From Octopus sinensis (lineage: Eukaryota), in contig NC_043011.1 in NCBI RefSeq assembly GCF_006345805.1, positions 57,920,464-57,984,463 of the forward strand: a stretch of 64,000 nt of DNA, given 5' to 3'. Numbering within the stretch: the first letter of the stretch is position 1; each line of letters starts with the position of its first letter. The position numbers and the translations under genes are program-made. The notes under the pieces were generated by a model. The model was not told the DNA's origin and searched no databases. It was given only the letters and a program-made list of their open reading frames with translations. Positions 39,418 through 52,299 of this stretch are shown here, in pieces.

Positions 39418-40707
39418 ATGTAATTACGTAGATTACTAACAACAAATACCTAATTAGTGAAATAATATTAATTAACTGTCAGCGTTAAACGAACGTGTAA
39501 CTTCCCTACTCTCTGCGTCCGAAAGTATTTTACCGCCATTGATTATGCTTTCAGTTACACATCAGAGATCGAAGTATGCATTAATGGGACGGATTATTGC
39601 TTTAAGCCATAGCTTCGTTTATCTACCATCAAACAGTCTTAGTGTAGCTTACCTCAGGTAAATTGGTTTGTTGACGATGTCCCTCTTCGAGAAAGTAAAC
39701 AAACTGGAGGAATTGATTACTGCGAATCAGAAAAAAAAAATGAAACGTTTATTGAGTTTACTGCGCAGACACAGTTTTGAGCTTCTATTGATGTAAATAG
39801 CGAACACATTCTAACGTGTTTCCAATCATTGGTACATACTCTGTTATAGCGAGAGAAAGATGGACTGTTGGACGCATCAGAGAATATCATTTAGATTTGT
39901 GTAAAGCTGGAAAATACACACAGAACATAAAAATAAACGCCATGATGTGAGTGTATGATATATTTCTGTGCGTAAAGTTAATATGTAATCTTTATATCAT
40001 CATAGCAAATGTTTCGTAAATATTTATACTCAGAGGCAAATGATGATATTTGGAATTAAATCCCATGTTATTTTTGGAATGCCAATAGTTGGAATCCTGT
40101 TATTCATATTCCAAGAGTTTCCGATGTATCTTGGGGCAGCTTTGAAGTAGTTTTCGGATTTTAAATCTGGATACGGCATTGAATTCTGGATAAGGGAAAT
40201 GTACCGTTTTTCACTTAGAAACCGAGATTTAATATTTATTCCCGAATGCCAGAATTTCCCTCTGAGGCTAAACATGCTTGAAGCATATTTAAATGTTATA
40301 AATATTTGATATCGTTCCCGGTTGAGAAACAAAAAAGAAAAAATATATATATATCAGAGAAATTGGCGTTTTATTTCATTCTGTTTAGTGAAAAGTTGCT
40401 ACATCTACCGGAGTAAAATTTAACACGGTTCCTTTACTTCTAGTAATCAGCTATAATGTGCAAATAGCAATTTATGGAGCGGCTGCATTTTTCGGTCGAA
40501 GTGAAATCAATAAAACTTGAAACCCGGAAGCCAAGCAGTTGCGTTGAATTCCCAAGAGATCAGAGGGACGAAGACCAACAAATAGGCATTTTGCTCCGAG
40601 GCTAAAACTATGGACCCGTATGAAATGTTTATCATGATTTAATGTAGTTCCACATGCAGAAATAGATATACATGCATTTGAACATACTCACACATACATA
40701 TACTTGA

Positions 40708-40777
<70 letters not shown>

Positions 40778-40804
40778 ATATATCGATCTATCTATCTATC
40801 TATT

Positions 40805-40922
40805 AAAAGAGGCTGAAAGGAGAAGTCGACTCGGCACAATTTGAACTCAGAGCCAGAAGACGGACAAAATGCCACTAAGCATTACGCCCATTGTGCTAAC
40901 CATTCTGCCATCTAACCGCCTT
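40805..40922 (-). mobile_element. SINE family B, 5' fragment
   Basis: agtcgactcggcacaatttgaactcag...gctaaccattctgcca. Confidence 0.65.
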
Positions 40923-43049
40923 GAGCTATCGAAATATTTTAACACCTGAAATTAAATCCCCTTCAACTTGGAATTGAAGCTAAATGCCTAATTTTTCATT
41001 ATTTGCAGTTTGAAATAAAATTACAGAGTTTCGCTCGTAAGCCAAACGCATGATTTGACCGGCGTCCAGATAATTGTAAATATTACTGATATTCAGGCAT
41101 ACTAATGCCTTGAGTTTAGATGTATAATGAGATATCTGATTCTGGTAACGCTTGAACTTAGATGTATCTCGTCCTACATTCTGATATTTCTCTCATATAA
41201 CTTCATAGCTTACTAGAACTATCATTTCAGTTTAACAAGTCTTATTGTACACCTCCTGTTTCTTTTGCTTGTAAGCAAATCGAGTCTTTGTTGTGCAAAT
41301 GATGGGCATTCATTACAAATTATCACAGATGTATCTAAACATCTCACTTCATCAGTCATGTTTAAGTTCAGTTCTTTTGTGAAATCACTGCCCTCGCTCA
41401 GATGCTTAATGATAGAATCTTACTTACTATATTCTATCATTACACAGCAGGATATTGGCAAATTTATATCATTATGAAAGCATTCCATCTGCAGTTTATC
41501 TGACAACACAATAAAGTAATCAAATCATTTGAGTTGCTATTGAAAAAACTACCAGAAACAGCGAGAGAATGATATAACTAACCGTGATTATTTATTCATT
41601 TTCTTTTCTAGTCTTTGTTCTTGGTGTTGGTTCTCTATGTCTCTGCTATTCGCCATTTACTTGGATGTTCTGTAAAAAAAAATATGCATAGGAAACAAAA
41701 AAAAAAAAGACCTCGAAAACAAGAGATCAAAATACACAAAATGTCTTGTGTTGGAAAGAAGGACTTTTAAATCGATCTGAAAGTTTGCAAGAAAGTTGGT
41801 AAATATCAGTTTGTAAATTATCAAGAAATAAAGCAAATAAACCAAAAAAATAAGAGAAATAACGAAAAGAATCATTGAAGTTTTATTGCTGGTTTTATTG
41901 CAGCTTCAACTACAATCACAACGTCCGTTAGTGACAATTATTGAACATAGTTTTGCTAATTTATATTCCGAGTGTCAGTTATTGACTGTTATTCTTAGTT
42001 TATTAACTGTTGCTATTATAACCAGGCTAGCACTTACTGAACGTTACTTACAGTCACATTATTTCTTGCTTATATAACGACTTACTGACAGTTACTGATA
42101 CTTCAGTTTTGCTCCTTTAATCGAGAACGGCAGTGACTGTCAGTTTGACTTCGACATGCCAGTGTTGCCGGCCATGAATAGTATCTCGTTTACTGTTAAT
42201 GAAGGCAGCCATTGTGATATTACTATTTTATTACTGTAATTAATGCAATCACTGCTCTATTACTATAATACCATGGAGGCAGATACTCTTATATAATGGA
42301 CGTTCTGGGTAAGGGCATCCGTTATATATATTATAAAGAAAGATGGTAGAGATTTAAGCCATCGTGTCCTTCATAGGAGGGGAGTCAGCCATTTCAGAAG
42401 GGGGGCCGCGAGGATGGAGGATCTTTCCACTTCTCTCACAAAATTGTGAAAATTGACCAATTTCGGAATAATTTTGACATTATGGTCACAAGCATATTTA
42501 GGATGCATTCTTCTTCTGAGAGACGACATTTAATATTGGATATTGAAATACCAACTGATTATTTATCTAGCACAAACCATTCATCATCATCATATCACAA
42601 CTATTTTACATTATTTATATTTGTTATTTATATAACACAAAACATAAATATATATTAGTTTATATTTTATGTGATATGAATATTTTCGTATTGAATATGC
42701 TAAACGTAAATATTATTTGTAAAGACAAGCTGAAAGACTTCAAGAACCTAAATGTAACAACATGTATTAAAAACGAACCCGTGTTGTTCGTGGATTTGTA
42801 GTGTGAGACTGATAGAGTTAAAATATATTTAAATAAAAGTATGAGAAATGCTGTCCCAGAGTCTCATGGCACGAAACTGATTTGTCTTCATTAAACACGA
42901 TTTATTAAACAGCATTTCTAAAGAAGACAATCAAATCTGTATAATTTCCTTTATCGATTATTGAATACATGAAGTTTAAAGTATCCCAATAAGATTTAAT
43001 TAATCAAAGCTTAAACTGGTTTTAGATTTCGGCACAAAGCCAGCGATTT

Positions 43050-43406
43050 GAGTGGATGGGGATGAGTCGATTACTTCGCCTCAACTGGTTCTTATTTTAT
43101 CTAACCCAAATGTATGATAGGCAAAGTCGACCCCGGAAGTATTTGAACTCAGAATGTAAACCCGGACGCAATGCCGTTGAGCATCTTACCAGGCATGCAT
43201 ATCATTTTGCCACCCAACCGTCTCATGTTGCAGTAATATTCGTCTCACATTTTGGTATAAGGCCAGCAATTTTGGGGAAGGTGTATGTCAATTATATCCA
43301 CCCCAGTACCCAACTGGATACGATGAAAACCAAAGACGACGACTCCAGGGTAATTTGAAATCAAACCGTAAAGACTGATGAAATGCCGATATGTATTTCG
43401 TCCGGT
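43050..43406 (-). mobile_element. Two old, diverged SINE family B copies (43050-43225 and 43270-43406)
   Basis: gcaaagtcgaccccggaagtatttgaactcagaatg and ccccagtacccaactgg...tatttcgtccggtg. Confidence 0.55.
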
Positions 43407-43426
43407 GATATTGCCGTAAATATCAA

Positions 43427-43657
43427 GGCAGCGAGCTGGCAGAAACGTTAGCACGCCGGGCGAAATGCGTAGCGATATTTCGTCTGCCGTTACGTTCTGA
43501 GTTCAAATTCCGCCGAGGTCGACTTTGCCTTTTATCCTTTCGGGGTCGATATATTAAGTACCAGTTACGCACTGGCGTCGATATAATCGACTTAATCCGT
43601 TTTTCTGTCCTTGTTTGTCCTCTCAGTGCTTAGCTCCTTGTGGGTAGTAATGAAATA
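43427..43657 (+). mobile_element. Young SINE family B insertion with a ~21-bp target-site duplication
   Basis: gatattgccgtaaatat(c/t)aag at 43407-43427 and 43658-43678. Confidence 0.93.
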
Positions 43658-44072
43658 GATATTGCCGTAAATATTAAGAAATATCGCGTTCAATATCACG
43701 ATTGTTCAAAGAAATGCAAACCGCAGTTAGTAATATGTAGGCATTTATTTCACAAGCTCACAAACTAGGAACCTCTGGATTAACAGTGATGGTTTCTTGG
43801 GTTTCAATGATGCAAACAAGTAAGATAATTATTCTTGCGGTTAGTCGGACGGTATGTCCGAAATAGAATTTAAAATATATATCTTTATACAAAGAAGCGC
43901 ATTACTATTATTGAAAAAGAACAAACAAGGTGGAGTCTTGAGATTTTCAATTAAAAAATAATATAGAAATTTACACACTAATTTTGGGATCAGTGAATAA
44001 ATTTCACCGAAAATTTATATATATATTTACGAGGTCTAGACAGATATCTTCAGCTAGCAGGCCTCTGCTACT

Positions 44073-44117
44073 CTAGACCGATGATGGGCACAGACCCTGA
44101 AATATGCGTGTCTCTAG
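44073..44117 (+). ncRNA. Type I hammerhead-like motif
   Basis: CUAGA CCGAUGA UGGG cacaga CCCU GAAA UAUGCGUG UC UCUAG; stem I extends (cagctag 44051-57 with ctagctg 44126-32); stem III looks like a decayed ACACGCGUGU palindrome; GUC triplet; U4 is replaced by C. Confidence 0.65.
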
Positions 44118-44738
44118 ATGCAGGCCTAGCTGTTGGGGGTATTTAGTCTCCCCTTCGTAAATATATAAGGACACGGGAAATGTGTCGAGGCCGACAGGAA
44201 GAGTCGATGCTTCCTAGGGCTAAACAGCGGTGGTGTAATTCCCTTACTGTCACGTTAAGTTTACAGTATACAACCACTCCTTCGCCCCACCACCGTACAT
44301 ATCTCTATGAGATATTTATAAATTTAATATTTCTGATTTATAATAGAGTTTGTGGTATAGCAACAACATGCTGTGTCTACTGTGATGATGAAAAGAAGAA
44401 AGCAAACACTGTTTCGATTCCTAGGACTCGAGGTCAGTTATATGGTTTCCATAGCGTAGAACTTACAGCATTCGCCTGAACGAGATGCCTGTCCTTCAGA
44501 GCATCAATCATTGGCGGCTGAGTGGAGAGCAGAAACGTGGAATGAATTGTTTTGTTGAAGAACATAACTCACCTCACTGCTCGGCCCCAGAGCCATAATC
44601 TTGCTATTATGAGCGCAGCCATTCTCGTGAACCAAAATGAATTCTATTATATCATTTGTGTTAAAAACAACATTCCAGGACAGAGTACGCTACAAATTTT
44701 CTACAGTAAAACTAAGACATAAATTTCTTCTAAGTTTT

Positions 44739-44963
44739 CTCTTTACTCTTTTGCTCTTTTACTTGTTTCAGTCATTTGACTGCGGCCATGCTGGAGCACC
44801 ACCTTTAGTCGAGCAAATCGACCCCGGGACTTATTCTTTGTAAGCCCAGTACTTATTCTATCGGTCTTTTTTTGCCGAACCGCTAAGTGACGGGGACGTT
44901 AACACACCAGCATCGGTTGTCAAGCGATGGGGGGGGGGGGCAAACACAGACACACAAACATAT

Positions 44964-45019
<56 letters not shown>

Positions 45020-45181
45020 GACGGGCTTCTTTCAGTTTCCGTCTACCAAATCCATTCACAAGGCATTGGTCGGCCCGAGGCTATAGCAGAAGACACCTGC
45101 CCAAGATGCCACGCAGTGGGACTGAACCCGGAATCATGTGGTTGGTAAGCAAGCTACTTACCACACAGCCACTCATGCGCC
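44739..45181 (-). mobile_element. SINE family A, full length
   Basis: Reverse complement of the complete family A head, body and (gagtaaaa)n tail. Confidence 0.92.
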
Positions 45182-45574
45182 TTTAAAGAATAACCTAAAT
45201 ATTTGGAGGCAATATTTTTTGTTGGTCCTGGTAATGTGTTTTAGATTATAGAGAAAAAGATTCATATCCCTCTCTGAAGGAGGAAGGCTGGAATGACTCT
45301 TCCCAAAGTTGTAGCGCCCTGCTTTAGGGCACTACAATTCTGGACGTATTTCGATTCGTAGATATAGAAATATAATTGGCTCACCACACACCAAATCCCA
45401 CAATAACATGAAAAGACTAGTTTTTCAATACAATTAAGTCACCAGAATTCCTGAGCTTCCTCAACAGACTTCCACAACGGCGTTGGTTCTTTATCTCGGA
45501 TCTAAAATGGTGGCAATGCGGAAAGAACAACTTGATGCTAATTCCTTCATTTGGGACAATGTAAATGAACGTAA

Positions 45575-45597
45575 TGCTACTACTACTACTACTACGA

Positions 45598-45629
<32 letters not shown>

Positions 45630-45630
45630 A

Positions 45631-45673
<43 letters not shown>

Positions 45674-45723
45674 ATCTACTACTGCTGCTGCTGCTACTAC
45701 TACTACTACTACTGCTACTGCTG

Positions 45724-45763
<40 letters not shown>

Positions 45764-45783
45764 ATCTACTGCTGCTGCTGCTG

Positions 45784-45841
<58 letters not shown>

Positions 45842-45915
45842 CACTACTACATCTACTGCTGCTGCTGCCACTACTAACAACAACAACGATGACGGCAACA
45901 ACAATTATTATTATT
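45575..45915. repeat. (CTA/CTG)n trinucleotide tract
   Basis: Direct inspection; it produces the poly-Thr, poly-Leu and poly-Val ORFs. Confidence 0.9.
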
Positions 45916-45920
45916 ATTAC

Positions 45921-46120
45921 GTCTGTGAGTTGACAGAATCGTTAGCGTGGAGGGCAAAATGTTTAGCGGCATTTCGTCCGCCCTTCCGTTCTCAGTTCAA
46001 ATGCCGTCGAGGTCGACTTTCCCTTTCATCCTTTAGGGATGTACCATTTGAGTATTAGGGTCGATGAAATCGACTCATCCCTCCCCAAAATTTCGGCTCT
46101 TTCACTTATAGTATAAAAAA
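45921..46120 (+). mobile_element. SINE family B (alternative 3' end), diverged
   Basis: gttgacagaatcgttagc...cagttcaaatgccgtcgaggtcgactttccctttcatcc. Confidence 0.7.
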
Positions 46121-47669
46121 TTGTCAGCATCAGCATGATCATCAACTGCAGACGAGCAAAAAAGCATTTCATTAAATACACATGACTTATTTCACACAAT
46201 CTAACAATTCATAAAACTGTAACACAGTCTGAGGTATTTATAAAATCTATCTTTCAATTTTTAAAAGTTACCTTAAATATAAAGTTTTTGTTTGTTCCTT
46301 CTCAAGCCAAAACGACAAAAGAATCCCCATTTTCACGCTTATTTGTCTTAGATATTCAGAATTTTCTTACATCGGATCCAAAGTCAGTAATATTAAAAAT
46401 ATTTCGCTTTAAAGCTTGAACTGAAATCACGGTCTCCAGACACTAGCATCAATATGAATGCGAAAAGCAGCTTGATCAACAATCAACTAAACAGGAAATG
46501 CTGCCAATTGCAGATAAACTGCATTTTGCAATCTTTGGCATTTGAGACGTTTGAAAGAGGTAAGTCGCTAATCGCAAAATTCTTAAATTCTTCGCCGTTT
46601 CGTCTGGGAATGCACTTGCCTGTTTAGTATCTCATCCTCGTAATCATTCACGCTGTTGCTGCCAATGATTTTGGCTGCTTCCATTAGTAAAAAGAATATG
46701 TTTTATTGCTACTTGTCTTTTAATAGTAAGCATAATGGCAGTGCCCCAGCATGGCCACAGCTCGTGAGCTGAAACTAGATGAAATAAAAATAAAAATAAA
46801 AATAAAATAAATAAACTGAACGTCTTGACTTGTATCAATGTGATTCCAATACCAAAATATGAATTGCAATGTAAAATTGCAAATTTATTTAAAATAACAA
46901 ACTTTTAGTACTTAAAAATAATGATTTGGTATAAAATTACAGTTTTAATGTGAAATCTCAGCGTGTCGGCAAAATTAAAATCAAATGTTTTGAAAAAATA
47001 TTTTCAATTAATTTTTTTTTAGTGACAATTGTTTTGGTACAAAACACTAATGAAGGAAAAAAAAACATGAACAATAAAGTAAACGATTGTAGAATTGTTC
47101 ACTCAACATTCCAACCATAGCCACTCCATTTAGCGTTCATGGATTCCTTATTGGATTAAGATTCGGTGTGTCTCTGTGCTGAGAGTTGACGTTGCTGTGC
47201 AGATTTGCTAGTTGTGGGTTGGATGTTTTGCGTCTGTAGTCGGGTTACTAGCCTTGGCCGTTGGTAACGGGTTATTCCTATTTCTTCCATAGAATCTTGG
47301 GTAGGCTTTCCAACGACGTCCATTCTAAAGATGCAGAAGATATAATTTTCAGAAGAGTCCAAATGGTAGTTTCGAATTTCTGGTATCACCATAATTAACC
47401 TGTGATATTTAATTTTATTTATCAATTAACCGGAAACATTGAAACAGATGCGATATGTGAAAAGCGAAACGATATAAAGATTCAAGATTCAAAACATGGG
47501 GTGTAAACAAGCTAAATAGTATGAGATATATAGTGTAGTATTAACGTTTCTTCATTATTTCACAGAGAAAAGAATCGCTCTACATTCGTCCGACATGTTA
47601 CAAATAGAGCTTAACATCCATCGAATGATATATATGCAATGAAGAGGACATATATGTAATGAGAATGAA

Positions 47670-48085
47670 CGCAGGAGTGGCTGTGTGGTAAGTAGCTTCC
47701 TAACCAACCACATGGTTCCGGGTTCAGTCCCACTGCGTGGCATCTTGGGCAAGTGTCTTCTGCTATAGCCCCGGGCCGACCAATGCCTTGTGAGTGGATT
47801 TGGTAGACGGAAACTGAAAGAAGCCTGTCGTATATATGTATATATATATATATGTGTGTGTGTTTCTGTGTCTGTGTTTGTCCCCCTAGCATTGCTTGAC
47901 AACCGATGCTGGTGTGTTTACGTCCCCGTCACTTAGCGGTTCGGCAAAAGAGACCGATAGAATAAGTACTGGGCTTACAAAGAATAAGTCCCGGGGTCGA
48001 TGTGCTCGACTAAATGCGGTGCTCCAGCATGGCCGCAGTCAAATGACTGAAACAAGTAAAATAGTAAAAGAGTAAGAGTAAAATA
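47670..48085 (+). mobile_element. SINE family A, full length
   Basis: cgcaggagTGGCTGTGTGG...GGTTCAGTCCC...gactgaaacaagtaaaatagtaaaagag. Confidence 0.93.
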
Positions 48086-48817
48086 GTAGCATTGGGTGGC
48101 TTATAAATTCAGCAAAATCAGGACGATCTCATCTTCGATGCTTTGACCAGAAGGTCAATTCAAGGAGGTTAAACGTGGAGTTATCTATAAAAAAATAACA
48201 ATGTTAACAATGGACGTTATTAGAAAAAATATATGATCGACTTCTGACACTATGAACCGTTATTTCATTTGTAATAAATTCAGTTATTTGCAAATCTTGC
48301 CAATATTCTGAGCCATTCTTCCCTTAATTCTTATTGGGTCAGTCATATTAATGACCGTCTGCATTTTTCTTTACATGAAGGCATTGCAAACCTAGTCAAA
48401 CAAATCAGTGAAGCTTGGATTGGTCAACGTGTTTCATATCCATCCATCACCTGAAAACATTAATAATAAGTAGGGTATTTTACCTTTTGCATTTTACGCT
48501 AAAGTATTTGTTGAGACATTACAATATGAAGATCGCCATAGAACTGATAAAAGACGACTATTTATTTCTCCTTTATCCCGTTCTAGTCTTTTACGATGCA
48601 ATCTTCTACCGTCAGGCAATGTGTCTAGCGCTAAGCATATAAAAAATAAGGATCAGTACGTGTTTATATTACAGTTATTACTTGCATTTCATCGTCATGG
48701 TTCTTTGGAGCCCTGCGATAGATGTTCCAAATGGTTATTGATACTTGAACACAACAGAATCACGGTAAACACTTTATTGTATCACGTTCAATTAGTATCT
48801 GTAACTTGACACACAAA

Positions 48818-48910
48818 AAAGTATTTCCTGAAGATGCGGTCTATATGCATTTAGAACGTCTCTCGCAGGGCTTCTAGGAAGCATAATGGTGAAACGCACG
48901 TAGGAACTTT
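48818..48910 (+). ncRNA. Possible type I hammerhead with a long, poorly closed stem II
   Basis: aaag ua UUUC CUGAAGA (56 nt) GAAAC gcac GUA GGAA cuuu; core and stems I/III are intact, base of stem II is unpaired. Confidence 0.4.
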
Positions 48911-49456
48911 AACATTTAATTAACGACTATACCGAAGGCAAACTGAACTATGAAAATCTGCGCGAAGCTCGAAACAGAAGAGTTACAGGAATAACATAAT
49001 GTTTATGTTATACATATTATAAAGATAATGAACTGTAACCATTAATTGATGAGCAAGTTGAACATTCAGTCACATGACATTTCATTTTGACTGTGTGCAG
49101 TCAAGAGAGACAAGAAGATTACGCTGAAGTGACCCGGCAAGAAACATTACAAAGACGTGCATAATGGTTTGACATATAGAAACTCAAGAGAAATAAGGAA
49201 TTGATTGTTCCAACTCCGTATTCTATACCGGTGCTGTAATGCAGGAATTGATATACAACACAAAGCATTATGACAATGGTCTTTTTTGCTTTTTTCAGAG
49301 AGCAGACTAACAAATACATTCAGAGCAAGTAATGGCACGTAACTTTTCAAAACGCAATTTCTAAAACTCTAATGGAATTTCCAGCAACCAAAAATATTCC
49401 ACCAAAAATAGTGTGGAAAAAAAGAAGTGAAACGGTCAGAGAAACAGAAAATGCAG

Positions 49457-49536
<80 letters not shown>

Positions 49537-49571
49537 ATGTGTGTACGCGATCTATCATGGGTCGCCATGAT

Positions 49572-49775
49572 AGATCGTTAGCCAATACACACATTGTTCC
49601 TCTCCTTGTTTTCCCTCCTTGTTTCTTTCCTTGTTTTTTCTGTGTCCCTTTCTGTAGAAGAGCGTAGGCTCGAAACGTAAAATACTTTTTCTATTCCTGA
49701 GCGTTATACTAATTCATCTGTTTGTTTTGTAAGCCACCTGTCTTCGTCTTTTGTTTTTTTCGTAAACTCTCCCTA
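49572..49775 (+). mobile_element. Repeat family F, copy 3 (hammerhead-variant motif at 49644-49685)
   Basis: Family F identity; CUGUAGA A GAGC guag GCUC GAAAC GUA; the 5' boundary overlaps a perfect 13-bp hairpin at 49548-49577. Confidence 0.75.
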
Positions 49776-49789
49776 TATATATATATATA

Positions 49790-50100
49790 TCACCGTGATC
49801 ACCGTGACCGACTAGGCTATCAGATGTTGCTACACATCGCTGGTCACAATGCGCTTCGCATTGTTTTAGCCTTCAAATAACGCCATCCCGCTGGTTAAGT
49901 GAGCAGGCCAACGGAAGAAAGAGTGAGAGAAAGTTGTGGCGAAAGAGTACAGCAGGGATCGCCACCATCCCTTACCGAAGCCTCGTGGAGCTTTAGGTGT
50001 TTTCGCTCAATAAGCACTCACAACGCCCAGTCTGGGAATCGAAACAGCGATCCTACGACCGCGAGTCCACTGCCCTAACGACTAGGCCATTGCGCCTCCA
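49790..50100 (-). mobile_element. tRNA-derived SINE (family C)
   Basis: Minus strand tggaggcgcaaTGGCCTAGTCGttagggcagtggactcgc...GTTTCGATTCCC; its tail differs from 12730-13122. Confidence 0.85.
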
Positions 50101-50129
50101 CACACACACATACACACACACACATATAC

Positions 50130-50162
<33 letters not shown>

Positions 50163-51737
50163 ATCTTGAAATATATTCATTTGGTCGTCCTGGCTTTACC
50201 ATAGAATCAACGTCTGTCTTGAGTTAATTGCTTAAGTCTACTGACTAAAATGCTAGGTGCCTTATGGACAAGTTGGATTTTAGAAAACTCCTGTAGAAAA
50301 CATTTACCTAAACATCAGAACATTAATTCTAACTCCAGTTTCTATTGTCCACAAAAGAGAAGACGAAAATAGAAAAAAAACCCTCAGATATTATGTATAA
50401 ATACATCCATTTAAAATTAAACTCGTGTGTTCAATTCATATATAAAAAATACAAACGGACTTAAATACACGTCAACACACACAATCGCAAACACTCTCAT
50501 GTAGATATGTATGAATACATACATATATAGTATACCATTGAATAAGCATGCATACACACACATATCTATAGCTATTTATATAATTATATATATATATATA
50601 TATTTACAACAGATACATACATGCATACTATATATATATATATAGAAAGAGAGAGGGAGAGAGGGAGAAAGTGAGAAATATACACATACTTACAAGCACT
50701 CGCATGCGCACATACACTTACTCACAGACACACACACACACACACGTATAACCTTACATATTACCATAGACAAACCCACGAACATGCTTCTATCACTATT
50801 ACATTAATATATATTACAGAAACGAAATAGCATTTTGCAAAATAATGTGTCTCACAAGATGGAGACAGAACGAATGCTTTATTGATTTTTGGTTTCCAGT
50901 AAATAAACATGTTATTTAGTAGAAGTTAAGTAAATAGTTCAGAGCTTGTCTCCCCTTATGTAAATGGTTTTGCCTCTACGTCGCTAGACATTTATGGCTC
51001 ACAGCTAGATTCTTACTATAAAGACTTCCACAGTTTGTTTCCTATGGATTGATCAAATAAAAGAAATTACGAGAAATAGGAAAGATTAATGAAAAAGTAT
51101 TTGACGAAAAGCCTTCAAAAATGTGAAAATTGGAATGTTTTGTTGGCTAACAGTCAACGCTTGGTGAGTGCGTGAAAACTCACACATTAACGCCGTTTTT
51201 ACCAGTATCACATTTACGTATATATACATACATTCTTTGATAATACATACATACACACATGTATACAAATACATACACATGCACAAAAACACACACATGT
51301 GTAGTGGGCACCACACAGGCATACACGTATACTTTATACATTCTTTAGGAGGAATACACGTATATATATATATATAAATGCATATGCAGACGGAGGTGTA
51401 AATATATACACAATACAGGAACATATACATATATGCATACATACATGCATACTTAAATATATACATATATAATTAATGTTCCGTTATTCATAGCATAAAA
51501 CACTGAGAAATAAATATCATTTAATATTCGCAATATATAGAGATGAATGACTAATAGTTTCATGCCGTGGAAGCACGATAAAATCGGCAGATTCATATAT
51601 CATGCCTTGAACACATAAAGCATATTATACGTTTAAATCTGCCAAATGACCGAGTTTCCACACCACTAATCTACCTGTAGCTTATATTTAATATACTGTG
51701 AATATTAAATGATTCAATATATACATACATACAAACG

Positions 51738-51783
<46 letters not shown>

Positions 51784-51908
51784 GTGAAAAATGGGATGGT
51801 CACTTTGTTTTTGTTTTGGTGCCTCGCTCTGTTGTACACGACTATGAGGATTTGCATCTCCAACGTAAATGGTCTTTTTCCCAAACTTATAATGTAAGAC
51901 ATGTCCTT

Positions 51909-52007
51909 GGAGTAGTAATTGTGCGAGGCTGAAGAAGGCTATTGACATATAAATTACATCAATTATGCATTGATATAAAAGCCAGAAACATATGTACCGC
52001 TAACTCC
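51909..52007 (+). ncRNA. Type I hammerhead ribozyme motif, unit 1
   Basis: gc(ga)GG CUGAAGA A GGCU...AGCC A GAAAC AUAU GUA CC gc; palindromic stem III ACAUAUGU; distal GGAGU/ACUCC pairing; predicted cut after 51996. Confidence 0.72.
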
Positions 52008-52033
52008 TTTGCGTCATGTTTTTCTTTTGATAT

Positions 52034-52075
<42 letters not shown>

Positions 52076-52200
52076 GTGAAAAATGGGATGGTCACTTTGT
52101 TTTTGTTTTGGTGCCTCGCTCTGTTGTACACGACTATGAGGATTTGCATCTCCAACGTAAATGGTCTTTTTCCCAAACTTATAATGTAAGACATGTCCTT

Positions 52201-52299
52201 GGAGTAGTAATTGTGCGAGGCTGAAGAAGGCTATTGACATATAAATTACATCAATTATGCATTGATATAAAAGCCAGAAACATATGTACCGCTAACTCC
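52201..52299 (+). ncRNA. Type I hammerhead ribozyme motif, unit 2
   Basis: Identical to unit 1; CUGAAGA at 52221-52227; predicted cut after 52288. Confidence 0.72.

Noticed and set aside
45309-45337. 11-bp hairpin (ttgtag-c-gccct / agggc-a-ctacaa) as a Helitron 3' end or pre-miRNA
   Set aside because: Too short for a pre-miRNA; spacing to a CTRR end is atypical and no 5' TC end was found
45483-46058. 191-aa Thr/Ala-rich mucin-like ORF
   Set aside because: (CTA/CTG)n tract running into a SINE; no splice or start support
46644-46838. ORF with a signal-peptide-like N-terminus (FSLFILFLFLFLF)
   Set aside because: The hydrophobic run comes from an (AATAAA)n-type repeat tail read in antisense
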